NCBI GenBank assembly: GCA_039030215.1 | Contig: JBCCEP010000001.1 | Span: forward strand, 1-57,708 | DNA from: Pseudomonadota bacterium | GTDB lineage: Bacteria; Pseudomonadota; Alphaproteobacteria; Rhizobiales; Rhizobiaceae | Length of the DNA: 57,708 bases | Direction: 5' to 3' | Shown here: positions 1 to 7,677 of the stretch, piece after piece | Numbering within the stretch: the first letter of the stretch is position 1 | Layout: each line of letters begins with the position of its first letter | Position numbers and translations under genes: made by a program | The notes under the pieces: generated by a model | What the model was told of the DNA's origin: nothing | What the model saw: the letters and a program-made list of their open reading frames with translations, nothing else | Databases searched by the model: none

Positions 1-91
1 CCATCCCCTCAACCTGTCGGCGGCTCAGCCTGCCACCGAATATTCCACTGACGGAACTTCTTACAAAATCATAGAAAATCTTCCGCTTCAT
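1..91 (-). CDS. Hypothetical protein, N-terminal fragment; the gene continues off the left edge of the window
   Basis: On the minus strand, an ATG at 91 lies 8 nt downstream of AAGGAG. It translates as MKRKIFYDFVRSSVSGIFGGRLSRRQVEGM... and stays open to the window edge. The N-terminus vaguely recalls phage-type lysozyme/GH19-like proteins, but that is from memory only. Confidence 0.35.
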   Translation of the reverse strand, partial: MKRKIFYDFVRSSVSGIFGGRLSRRQVEGM

Positions 92-219
92 CCGGCTGGC
101 TCCTTTGTCGGGATCAAACGCCGGTCAGGTTACCGAAGACAGATTATGCGGGGATAGATTAGTTGAGGCAGCTGGCCAACCTGCACGCTGCGCGCCATTG
201 ATCGGCCAGCCGTTATTTT

Positions 220-3150
220 CTACTCCGCTGCTTCGAAATTGCCGGAATCGGAGCGGCGTCCGAGCAATTCCTTTAGGTATTGACCGGTATAGGATTCAGG
301 AACCTGGCAAATATCTTCCGGCGTTCCCGACGCAACCAGCTTGCCACCGCCATCTCCCCCTTCCGGTCCCAGATCCAGCACCCAGTCGGCCGTCTTGATG
401 ACTTCCAGATTATGTTCGATGACCACGACGGTATTACCGTTATCGGCGAGCTCATGCAGAACTTCGAGCAGTTTCTTCACATCGTGAAAATGCAAGCCCG
501 TCGTCGGCTCGTCCAGGATATACAAGGTTCTGCCGGTGGCCCGCCGTGACAACTCCTTGGATAGCTTGATCCGCTGCGCCTCGCCACCAGATAGCGTCGT
601 AGCCTGCTGGCCAACCTTGATATAACCGAGACCGACCCGCCGAAGCGTTTCCATTTTCTCCCGAACTGATGGAACCGCTGCAAAAAACTCCGCAGCTTCT
701 TCAACCGTCATGTCCAGAACATCTGCAATTGATTTACCCTTGAAGAGCACCTCAAGCGTTTCGCGATTATAGCGCTTTCCGTGACAGACATCGCAGGTGA
801 CATAGACATCGGGCAGGAAATGCATCTCGATCTTTATCAGCCCGTCGCCCTGACAGGCTTCACATCTGCCGCCTTTGACATTGAAGGAGAAACGTCCAGG
901 TTGATATCCACGCGCCTTGGCTTCCGGCAACTGCGCATACCAGTCCCGGATCGGTGTGAATGCCCCGGTATAGGTGGCAGGGTTGGAACGTGGTGTGCGG
1001 CCAATTGGTGACTGGTCAATATCAATAACCTTGTCGAGAAACTCCAGTCCCTCGATTGAATCATGCGGGGCAGGGACCTCACGGGCACCATTGATCCGTC
1101 TGGCGGCAGATTTGTATAGCGTCTCGATCAGGAAAGAGGATTTTCCGCCCCCGGACACGCCGGTAACGCAGGTAAATAGGCCAATCGGGATTTCTGCCGT
1201 GACATCCTGCAGATTGTTTCCTCGCGCGCCGGTAACCCTTATGTTTCGGCCCTTTTTTGCTTTTCGCCGGCTTTCCGGCAGCGGAATCTCCAACTCTCCA
1301 GTGAGATACCTGCCGGTGAGCGAAGCCGGATTGGCCATCACATCCTGCGGCTTGCCCTGCGCAACGATCTGTCCACCATGCAGGCCGGCTGCAGGACCAA
1401 TATCAACCAAATGATCCGCAGAGCGAATGGCGTCTTCGTCATGCTCGACCACAATGACGGTATTCCCCAAGTCACGAAGATGACGCAAGGTGTCTAGCAA
1501 CCGCGAATTGTCGCGCTGGTGCAGGCCAATCGACGGTTCATCAAGTACATAGAGAACACCCGTCAGCCCGGAACCGATCTGCGAAGCCAGGCGAATTCGC
1601 TGGCTCTCACCGCCCGAAAGCGTGCCGGAATTTCTCGACAGCGTCAGATATTCCAGACCAACATCATTCAGGAAGCGAAGGCGCTCTCGAATTTCCTTGA
1701 GTACGCGTTCGGCGATCTCGTTTTGCTTGTCCGAAAGCTGCTCCGGAAGCGCCTCGAACCAATCACGCGCCGCGCGTATCGACATATCGGTAACTTCGGA
1801 AATATGACGTCCGGCAAGTTTCACCGCCAGCGCTTCCGGTTTCAGCCTGTGGCCGTTACACGCGCTGCACGGACTGGCCGACATATACTTTTCAATTTCC
1901 TCTCGCATCCAGGAGGAATCAGTTTCCCGCCAGCGCCGTTCCAGATTGCCGATCACGCCTTCGAACGTCTTGCGGGTCTTGTAGGTCCGCATTCCGTCAT
2001 CATAGACAAAATCGATCTCCTGCTTGCCGGTCCCGTAAAGAACCGCATTTTTCGATTCTTCGTCGAGATCTGTCCAGCGATCGGTCAGTTTGAACCCAAA
2101 ATTCCTGCCCAGCGCCTCAAGCGTTTGCGCATAATAGGGAGATGGGTTCGATGATTTGGACCAGGGCGCAATCGCTCCGCCCCGCAAGGTGAGCGTATCA
2201 TCGGGAACCACCATTTCGGCATCAATCGCCTTTTTCACACCCAATCCGTCACAACTCGGGCAGGCGCCAAACGGATTGTTGAAGGAGAATAGTCGCGGCT
2301 CGATTTCCGGAATGGTGAAACCGGAGACCGGGCAGGCAAATTTTTCTGAGAAGATCAGTCGTTCGTGCGTCTCGTTTTTCGACTTGTTGGCGGCCTCACC
2401 GCTGGTTTCGCTCGCAGGAAGCGGTTTGTCGGCAAATTCGGCAATCGCCAGTCCATCAGCCAGTTTCAGGCAGGTCTCAAGCGAATCGGCCAGTCGGGCC
2501 GAGATATCTTCCCGCACGACAATCCGGTCAACCACGACATCAATGTCATGCTTGTATTTCTTGTCCATCGCCGGAGCATCGGCAATCTCGTAGAATTCGC
2601 CGTCGATCTTTACACGCTGGAATCCCTTTTTCATCAATTCGGCGATTTCCTTGCGGTATTCGCCCTTTCGACCGCGCACGATCGGTGCCAGCAAAAATAG
2701 CCGTGTGCCTACTTCGAGCGCCAGGATCCGGTCGACCATCTGGCTCACAGTTTGGCTTTCAATGGGAAGCCCGGTTGCCGGTGAATAGGGAATTCCGGCG
2801 CGCGCAAACAGCAAACGCATATAGTCATAGATTTCGGTCACGGTACCGACCGTGGAACGCGGATTGCGGCTGGTTGTCTTCTGTTCAATCGAGATTGCAG
2901 GCGACAGACCGTCGATCTGGTCGACATCCGGTTTCTGCATCATCTCAAGAAACTGCCGCGCATAGGCCGACAGGCTCTCGACATATCGACGCTGGCCCTC
3001 GGCATAGATCGTGTCGAAGGCGAGCGAAGACTTGCCGGAACCCGAAAGCCCTGTAATCACGATCAGCTGGTCGCGCGGCAGGTCAAGATCAATATTCTTG
3101 AGATTATGCTCGCGCGCGCCGCGAACTGATATATGTTTGGTTTCCGCCAT
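220..3150 (-). CDS. uvrA: Excinuclease ABC subunit A
   Basis: 976 aa ORF. It has two ABC ATPase modules ([14 protein letters not shown] and GVSGGGKSS Walker A, LSGGE signatures) and zinc-finger Cys clusters. Typical UvrA length. Confidence 0.97.
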   Translation of the reverse strand: MAETKHISVRGAREHNLKNIDLDLPRDQLIVITGLSGSGKSSLAFDTIYAEGQRRYVESLSAYARQFLEMMQKPDVDQIDGLSPAISIEQKTTSRNPRSTVGTVTEIYDYMRLLFARAGIPYSPATGLPIESQTVSQMVDRILALEVGTRLFLLAPIVRGRKGEYRKEIAELMKKGFQRVKIDGEFYEIADAPAMDKKYKHDIDVVVDRIVVREDISARLADSLETCLKLADGLAIAEFADKPLPASETSGEAANKSKNETHERLIFSEKFACPVSGFTIPEIEPRLFSFNNPFGACPSCDGLGVKKAIDAEMVVPDDTLTLRGGAIAPWSKSSNPSPYYAQTLEALGRNFGFKLTDRWTDLDEESKNAVLYGTGKQEIDFVYDDGMRTYKTRKTFEGVIGNLERRWRETDSSWMREEIEKYMSASPCSACNGHRLKPEALAVKLAGRHISEVTDMSIRAARDWFEALPEQLSDKQNEIAERVLKEIRERLRFLNDVGLEYLTLSRNSGTLSGGESQRIRLASQIGSGLTGVLYVLDEPSIGLHQRDNSRLLDTLRHLRDLGNTVIVVEHDEDAIRSADHLVDIGPAAGLHGGQIVAQGKPQDVMANPASLTGRYLTGELEIPLPESRRKAKKGRNIRVTGARGNNLQDVTAEIPIGLFTCVTGVSGGGKSSFLIETLYKSAARRINGAREVPAPHDSIEGLEFLDKVIDIDQSPIGRTPRSNPATYTGAFTPIRDWYAQLPEAKARGYQPGRFSFNVKGGRCEACQGDGLIKIEMHFLPDVYVTCDVCHGKRYNRETLEVLFKGKSIADVLDMTVEEAAEFFAAVPSVREKMETLRRVGLGYIKVGQQATTLSGGEAQRIKLSKELSRRATGRTLYILDEPTTGLHFHDVKKLLEVLHELADNGNTVVVIEHNLEVIKTADWVLDLGPEGGDGGGKLVASGTPEDICQVPESYTGQYLKELLGRRSDSGNFEAAE

Positions 3151-3242
3151 TTAAATCATCCGATAGACAGTTTGCAGCGTCCTGGCTTCAAACCAACCAA
3201 CTACCCGTGCAACACCTTGCTATTGCATGCAGGCCAATACTA

Positions 3243-3257
3243 GAACATAATAAGAAC
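3243..3257. promoter_or_regulatory. Putative alphaproteobacterial LexA (SOS) box, GAAC-N7-GAAC direct repeat
   Basis: The sequence GAACATAATAAGAAC sits in the divergent uvrA/ssb intergenic region. On the other strand it exactly matches the GTTC-N7-GTTC direct-repeat SOS box known from Rhodobacter/Rhizobium-type bacteria. uvrA and ssb are classical SOS genes. Confidence 0.55.
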
Positions 3258-3401
3258 AAATTAACCGCCGCGCAACCACGGCAATCATAATGTGGATAGT
3301 TAAAGGCCGAGGGTGCGATTACAAGGTGGATAGGGCATTATGCCCCAAATTTTGCGGCGAAGGGGCGAACATGATGTCCCATGCCCTAGCAGGAGACGAT
3401 C

Positions 3402-3881
3402 ATGGCAGGTAGTGTTAACAAGGTAATTCTCGTCGGTAATTTGGGTGCCGATCCGGAAATCAGGCGGACGCAGGACGGCAGACCGATTGCCAATCTGTCG
3501 GTGGCGACGTCGGATAGCTGGCGTGACAAGAATACCGGCGAAAGACGAGAGAAGACCGAATGGCATCGGGTCGTCATCTTCAATGAAGGCCTTTGCAAGG
3601 TCGCAGAAAACTATCTGAAGAAGGGCTCGAAAGTCTATCTGGAAGGCCAGTTGCAGACCCGAAAGTGGCAGGATCAATCGGGCGCAGACCGTTATTCGAC
3701 CGAAGTCGTCCTACAGGGGTTCAACTCCACGCTGACCATGCTTGACGGTCGCGGCGAGGGCGGTGGCTCTGACTATAGCCGCTCGCAGGTCGGTCAGTCC
3801 GGTGGCTCGGATTTCGGCCAGTCTGGCCCGCAAACCGGTAACGCACCGGCCGGCGAGATCGACGACGAAATTCCGTTTTGA
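3402..3881 (+). CDS. ssb: Single-stranded DNA-binding protein
   Basis: 159 aa. N-terminal OB fold ([21 protein letters not shown]), a Gly-rich linker and the canonical acidic tip DDEIPF. Confidence 0.95.
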   Translation: MAGSVNKVILVGNLGADPEIRRTQDGRPIANLSVATSDSWRDKNTGERREKTEWHRVVIFNEGLCKVAENYLKKGSKVYLEGQLQTRKWQDQSGADRYSTEVVLQGFNSTLTMLDGRGEGGGSDYSRSQVGQSGGSDFGQSGPQTGNAPAGEIDDEIPF

Positions 3882-3981
3882 TGACCAACAGTTAGCGGCT
3901 GTCTTTCCAGGAGCAACAACCTTGCCTGTTGAGCCGGTGCATGAGACCCTTGGAGGGTAGAAACCTTCAAGGAGACCAGCC

Positions 3982-4242
3982 ATGCCCAAAATTGTTGCAA
4001 TCCATGAAGTGGATGATGTCGCCCACTGGCTCACGTCACCCAAACGCGAAGAGCTGTTTTCCGGCGTGGTGACCGACATCAAGACATTTGTTCATCCGGA
4101 TAACCCCAACCGGGTCGCCCTTTTCATGGATGTCTCTGACATGGATGCATTTGAAGAGCTGTTGAAGAATGAGGCCGGAGCCGCTGCAATGAAATATGAC
4201 GGCGTTCGTCCGGAAACCGTCGAAATCTACCTGGAAGGCTGA
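3982..4242 (+). CDS. Small conserved-looking hypothetical protein (86 aa)
   Basis: An ATG is preceded by AAGGAGA at about 7 nt. The composition is coding-like and acidic. I do not recognise a family. Confidence 0.55.
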   Translation: MPKIVAIHEVDDVAHWLTSPKREELFSGVVTDIKTFVHPDNPNRVALFMDVSDMDAFEELLKNEAGAAAMKYDGVRPETVEIYLEG

Positions 4243-4456
4243 TAGCCGGTCTGACGGCCCGGTAACATCCGGATTGTGCTCAACCGTTAATGCCCGGCAC
4301 AATCTGCCGGGGCATGTCTGGACTTGGGACCTGGTTTATTAACGCTTCATTATATTGGATTTCGTAAAATTACCGCACCATCACCAGGGGTGGCTGCTAC
4401 TGCTTGGGCTTGGGAATTGATTTCAGCAGAAATTTAATTGGGTGAACGGGCGAACC

Positions 4457-4705
4457 ATGGTTGATCGGCAACAACCAACCGACAATGAACACGATGAGAG
4501 TGTCGAAGGTGGGATTGACCGCGATCGGCGTAAACTGATCACTTCGGTGGGCAAGTTCAGCGCCTATGTCGCGCCGGCAACCATCGTATTGCTGGACGCA
4601 GAAACAGCCTATGCTCACAGGGTATGTTCATGGCATCCCCACCCGACACGATGGCAGCGCTGGCGGTATTGGCGCTGGTGGAGAAGAAACTGCCGGAGAA
4701 GATAG
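4457..4705 (+). CDS. Hypothetical exported small protein with a Tat/Sec-like signal; the C-terminal frame is questionable
   Basis: The ORF starts at GTG 4442 or ATG 4457. The N-terminal part is coding-like and contains RDRRKLITSVGKFSAYVAPATIVLLDAETAYA, a twin-Arg plus hydrophobic core plus AxA pattern. After about 4615 the annotated frame turns Trp/Arg-rich, while the +1 frame shows G-first (RNY) codon periodicity. See findings. Confidence 0.35.
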   Translation: MVDRQQPTDNEHDESVEGGIDRDRRKLITSVGKFSAYVAPATIVLLDAETAYAHRVCSWHPHPTRWQRWRYWRWWRRNCRRR

Positions 4706-4712
4706 TAGTTAT

Positions 4713-5669
4713 TCAGATCTCCCGGCGCCGTGCTTCATCAGCCTTGCGCACTTCGTCCAGATGGTCCTTTGAGCTCTGCACTTCGATATAAAGCCGCTTT
4801 ACCACGGGAAATCGCTGCTTGATGACAGTTTCCAGATCATGGATTGCATCCTCGACCTTGCCCGCCGTCAGATTGTTCTCAAAATCCAGGGATAATGCCA
4901 GCAATACATCATTTGGTCCCCGATGAAGGGTCCGGATCTCGTTCAGGCGATCGACCACCGGCGTGGCCTTTACAATATTGGTGATGACTTTCACGACCTC
5001 AGGGTCTGCCGCTTCCCCGATCAGAAGCCCCTTGGTCTCATAGGCGAGCAGGGCAGCAGTGATAGCCAAGATCAAGCCGATCGCGATGGAAGCAACACCA
5101 TCGAGTGCCGGTATATCAAATACCTGGGCGCAGTAAATACCGACAAAGGCAACGATCAGCCCCGCCATCGCGGCGCTGTCTTCGAACAGGACGGTAAAGA
5201 CACTTGGATCCTTGGAATCCTGTACCGCCTGCAGCCACCCTTTTTTGCCCTTGGTCGTGGCAAATTCCTTGAAGGCAATCCACCACGCCACCCCTTCGAA
5301 GATCATCGCTAGGCCAAGCACGATGTAATTGATCGTCGGATCAACGATCGGATGCGGATCGAGCACCTTGTGAATACCTTCATAGATGGAAATACCGGCA
5401 CCAATCGCGAATATGAGGATTGCGACGACAAAAGCCCAGAAATAGAGCTCTGCCCCATAGCCAAACGGGTGGGATTCATCCGCCGGTTTCTTTGCCTTCC
5501 AAAGCCCGTAAAGCAATAGCCCCTGATTGCCGGTGTCTACGGTTGAGTGGATGCCTTCCGACAGCATGGCCGATGACCCGGTAACGCTCGCAGCAAAGAA
5601 TTTTGTGATTGCGATCAAGCCATTGCCCACCAATGCGGCATAGATCACTTTTTTGGAACCGGTCGCCAT
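4713..5669 (-). CDS. Cation diffusion facilitator (CDF) family metal efflux transporter
   Basis: The ORF extends to 5900, but the homologous region begins at MATGSKKVIYAALVGNGLIAITKF (ATG at 5669). It has six predicted TM segments, the HSTVDTGNQ motif in TM2 and a C-terminal cytoplasmic domain. Confidence 0.85.
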   Translation of the reverse strand: MATGSKKVIYAALVGNGLIAITKFFAASVTGSSAMLSEGIHSTVDTGNQGLLLYGLWKAKKPADESHPFGYGAELYFWAFVVAILIFAIGAGISIYEGIHKVLDPHPIVDPTINYIVLGLAMIFEGVAWWIAFKEFATTKGKKGWLQAVQDSKDPSVFTVLFEDSAAMAGLIVAFVGIYCAQVFDIPALDGVASIAIGLILAITAALLAYETKGLLIGEAADPEVVKVITNIVKATPVVDRLNEIRTLHRGPNDVLLALSLDFENNLTAGKVEDAIHDLETVIKQRFPVVKRLYIEVQSSKDHLDEVRKADEARRREI

Positions 5670-5778
5670 ATCGCCTCGAATTCGGTTATCTTTCGGTTTC
5701 GATTTGTGCCCCGGCTGAAGACATCGATCAAGGTCGCCTGCGCAAGTTTGTTGAAATGATCTGGATGGATTGGAACCG

Positions 5779-6159
5779 ATGATGAAACTGTTCAAGCGTG
5801 CTGCTCTTTTCTTTTCCGCCTGCCTGTTGGCAGTTGCAACTGCCCATGCCGGGGGCGCGGATGTGGTTTCGGTAAGGGTAATGCCGGGATCCGATGGCAA
5901 GTATGATTTTTCTGTAACCGTGAAACACGCTGATGAGGGATGGGAACACTACTCCAATAGCTGGCAGGTCGTCGGGGCAGACGGCACGGTCTATGGCGAG
6001 CGCGTCTTGCTGCATCCACACGTCAACGAGCAACCTTTTACCCGCTCCCAGTCGGGCATTGTCATACCGGAAGGAATTACGGAAGTTATCGTCCGAGCCG
6101 GCGATAACCAGCATGGTTTTAGTGGCGTGGAGAAGACTGTGGCGTTGCCCGATCGGTGA
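5779..6159 (+). CDS. Secreted protein of unknown function with a cleavable signal peptide
   Basis: The signal peptide MMKLFKRAALFFSACLLAVATAHA is followed by GG. The mature part of about 100 aa looks beta-rich and has His/acidic clusters (KHADEGWEHY, LLHPHV). It is divergent from the CDF transporter gene. Confidence 0.6.
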   Translation: MMKLFKRAALFFSACLLAVATAHAGGADVVSVRVMPGSDGKYDFSVTVKHADEGWEHYSNSWQVVGADGTVYGERVLLHPHVNEQPFTRSQSGIVIPEGITEVIVRAGDNQHGFSGVEKTVALPDR

Positions 6160-6180
6160 TTTACGCCAAGGATAAGCTGT

Positions 6181-6810
6181 TTAACTGAACAGTGCCTTGG
6201 CACCGTCAGCCACAAACTGCACCGACAATGCGGCCAGGAGCACGCCTAGCAGCCTTGTGAGGATGCTGCGACCCGTCGTGCCCAAATATTTGTCGACCCG
6301 CTCTGCAGCGACGAAGGCCAGCAATACAATGCCCATTGAGATGGCCAAAATCACCGCCAGGATCAATTTGCCGGTAATTGCAGATCCCATCTGGGTCGAC
6401 AGCAGAATCGAGGCAGAAATCGCGCCCGGCCCGGCAATCAATGGAATGGCAAGCGGGAAGACGGCAATATTGGCGATGTGATCCTTGGTGATTGCAACTT
6501 CGGAGGTCTTTTCCTGGCGCTGCTGCCGCTTCTCGAAGATCATCTCGAAGGCGATGTAGAACAGCAACAGACCGCCCGCGACACGAAATGCGTCAATCGT
6601 GATACCCAGAATATTCAGAATGGCGGCACCCAGCACGCTGAATGCGATCAGCACCACCAGGCTGAGAATGCAGGACCGTACCGCTACCGAATATCGCTGG
6701 GCGCGGTTCATTCCGGCAGTTAGCGCCAGAAAGATCGGCGCCATACCCGGAGGATCGATCGTTACCATCAAGGTCACGAAGGCATTCAGGATGGCGTCAT
6801 AGCTGGGCAT
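6181..6810 (-). CDS. MarC family (UPF0056) integral membrane protein
   Basis: 209 aa polytopic membrane protein. The N-terminus FVTLMVTIDPPGMAPIFLALT is typical of the MarC/NAAT family. Confidence 0.85.
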   Translation of the reverse strand: MPSYDAILNAFVTLMVTIDPPGMAPIFLALTAGMNRAQRYSVAVRSCILSLVVLIAFSVLGAAILNILGITIDAFRVAGGLLLFYIAFEMIFEKRQQRQEKTSEVAITKDHIANIAVFPLAIPLIAGPGAISASILLSTQMGSAITGKLILAVILAISMGIVLLAFVAAERVDKYLGTTGRSILTRLLGVLLAALSVQFVADGAKALFS

Positions 6811-6974
6811 GCAAGGTTCTTTTACTGTTTCGAGCCATAATTACATTGATTTTCAGGAAATCCCAATGTTTGCAAGGGAAAGGAATGCTCAGAAATTTGA
6901 CATCCACTGAGAGAGCTTGGACCGATACAAAATTTATTGACGGCAAGTTGATGTTGGCGCACCCCCGGCCTGAC

Positions 6975-7400
6975 ATGAGTAATTGGCTATTCAATCTTAT
7001 TGCTGCATTTCTTGCGATTGTCGCGGCAGTACCTATTGCCGAGTACCTGGATCTACCATTTTTAGGTTTTTTTGTGTTGTGGGCTATTTTTTTGATGGCA
7101 TTTAGAAGCTTGGACAGGCTACGGGAAAAGGCAGAATTTCGCCGGGCCTTGACTGTTGCCGATCGGGAAGGCATTCGGTTCGCGGAAATCAAGCAACGCC
7201 TGGGAACGAAAGTGCTTGCTTGGGACAGTTTTCGCAATGCAGAAACAGACGGTCCGGCTCTGCTGCTCAATATCAAACCGGTTACTGAAGCTCCGACTGC
7301 CAGACAACGCTCCATCTCCTGCATACGCGTTGGGCTTCTTGATCCGGAATTGGCAAAATCCGTCGCCAATGAACTGAATGGCATGAAGAAAAACCATTAG
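6975..7400 (+). CDS. Hypothetical membrane protein: two N-terminal TM helices plus a soluble C-terminal domain
   Basis: The ORF spans 6846-7400. The most plausible start is MSNWLFNLIAAFLAIVAAVPIAEYLDLPFLGFFVLWAIFLMAF (ATG 6975). By eye the region is AT-richer than its neighbours. No family recognised. Confidence 0.45.
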   Translation: MSNWLFNLIAAFLAIVAAVPIAEYLDLPFLGFFVLWAIFLMAFRSLDRLREKAEFRRALTVADREGIRFAEIKQRLGTKVLAWDSFRNAETDGPALLLNIKPVTEAPTARQRSISCIRVGLLDPELAKSVANELNGMKKNH

Positions 7401-7677
7401 TTTCATGCTGCATGACTGCCGTTTTTCGACTTCCATTTTTAGCGAATCATGCCGATTTGAATGTCGACTTTACGGTCTCGAAAACACCGAATTTTCCCCG
7501 AAAATCACCCAGAAATCATAATCAGACCACAACTACTGACAAGTATTTTAGTCGGTATCGTAACTAATTGAAATAATTGTATAAAATGACCTGAATTGGC
7601 AGGCGAAAATTTGGCTTGAAACGCAGAATGGTTTATAACTGACACAAATAATTCATTGAACATATTGGACTTTTTGC

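Noticed and set aside
105-398. A 97-aa plus-strand ORF at the left edge.
   Set aside because: It overlaps the uvrA 3' end in antisense and has a Pro/Arg-rich, non-protein-like sequence. The short intergenic part is better explained by the minus-strand partial gene starting at 91.
4336-4352. A CtrA-like TTAA-N7-TTAA candidate (TTAACGCTTCATTAT) upstream of the signal-peptide ORF.
   Set aside because: The second half-site is TTAT rather than TTAA, and such matches are frequent in AT-rich intergenic DNA.
4566-4772. A 68-aa ORF (MSRRQPSYCWTQKQPML...) considered as an independent gene.
   Set aside because: Its first ~15 codons are the out-of-phase reading of the signal-peptide ORF. Only its later Gly-rich part looks coding. 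It is treated as the alternative frame of the 4442 ORF rather than as a separate gene.
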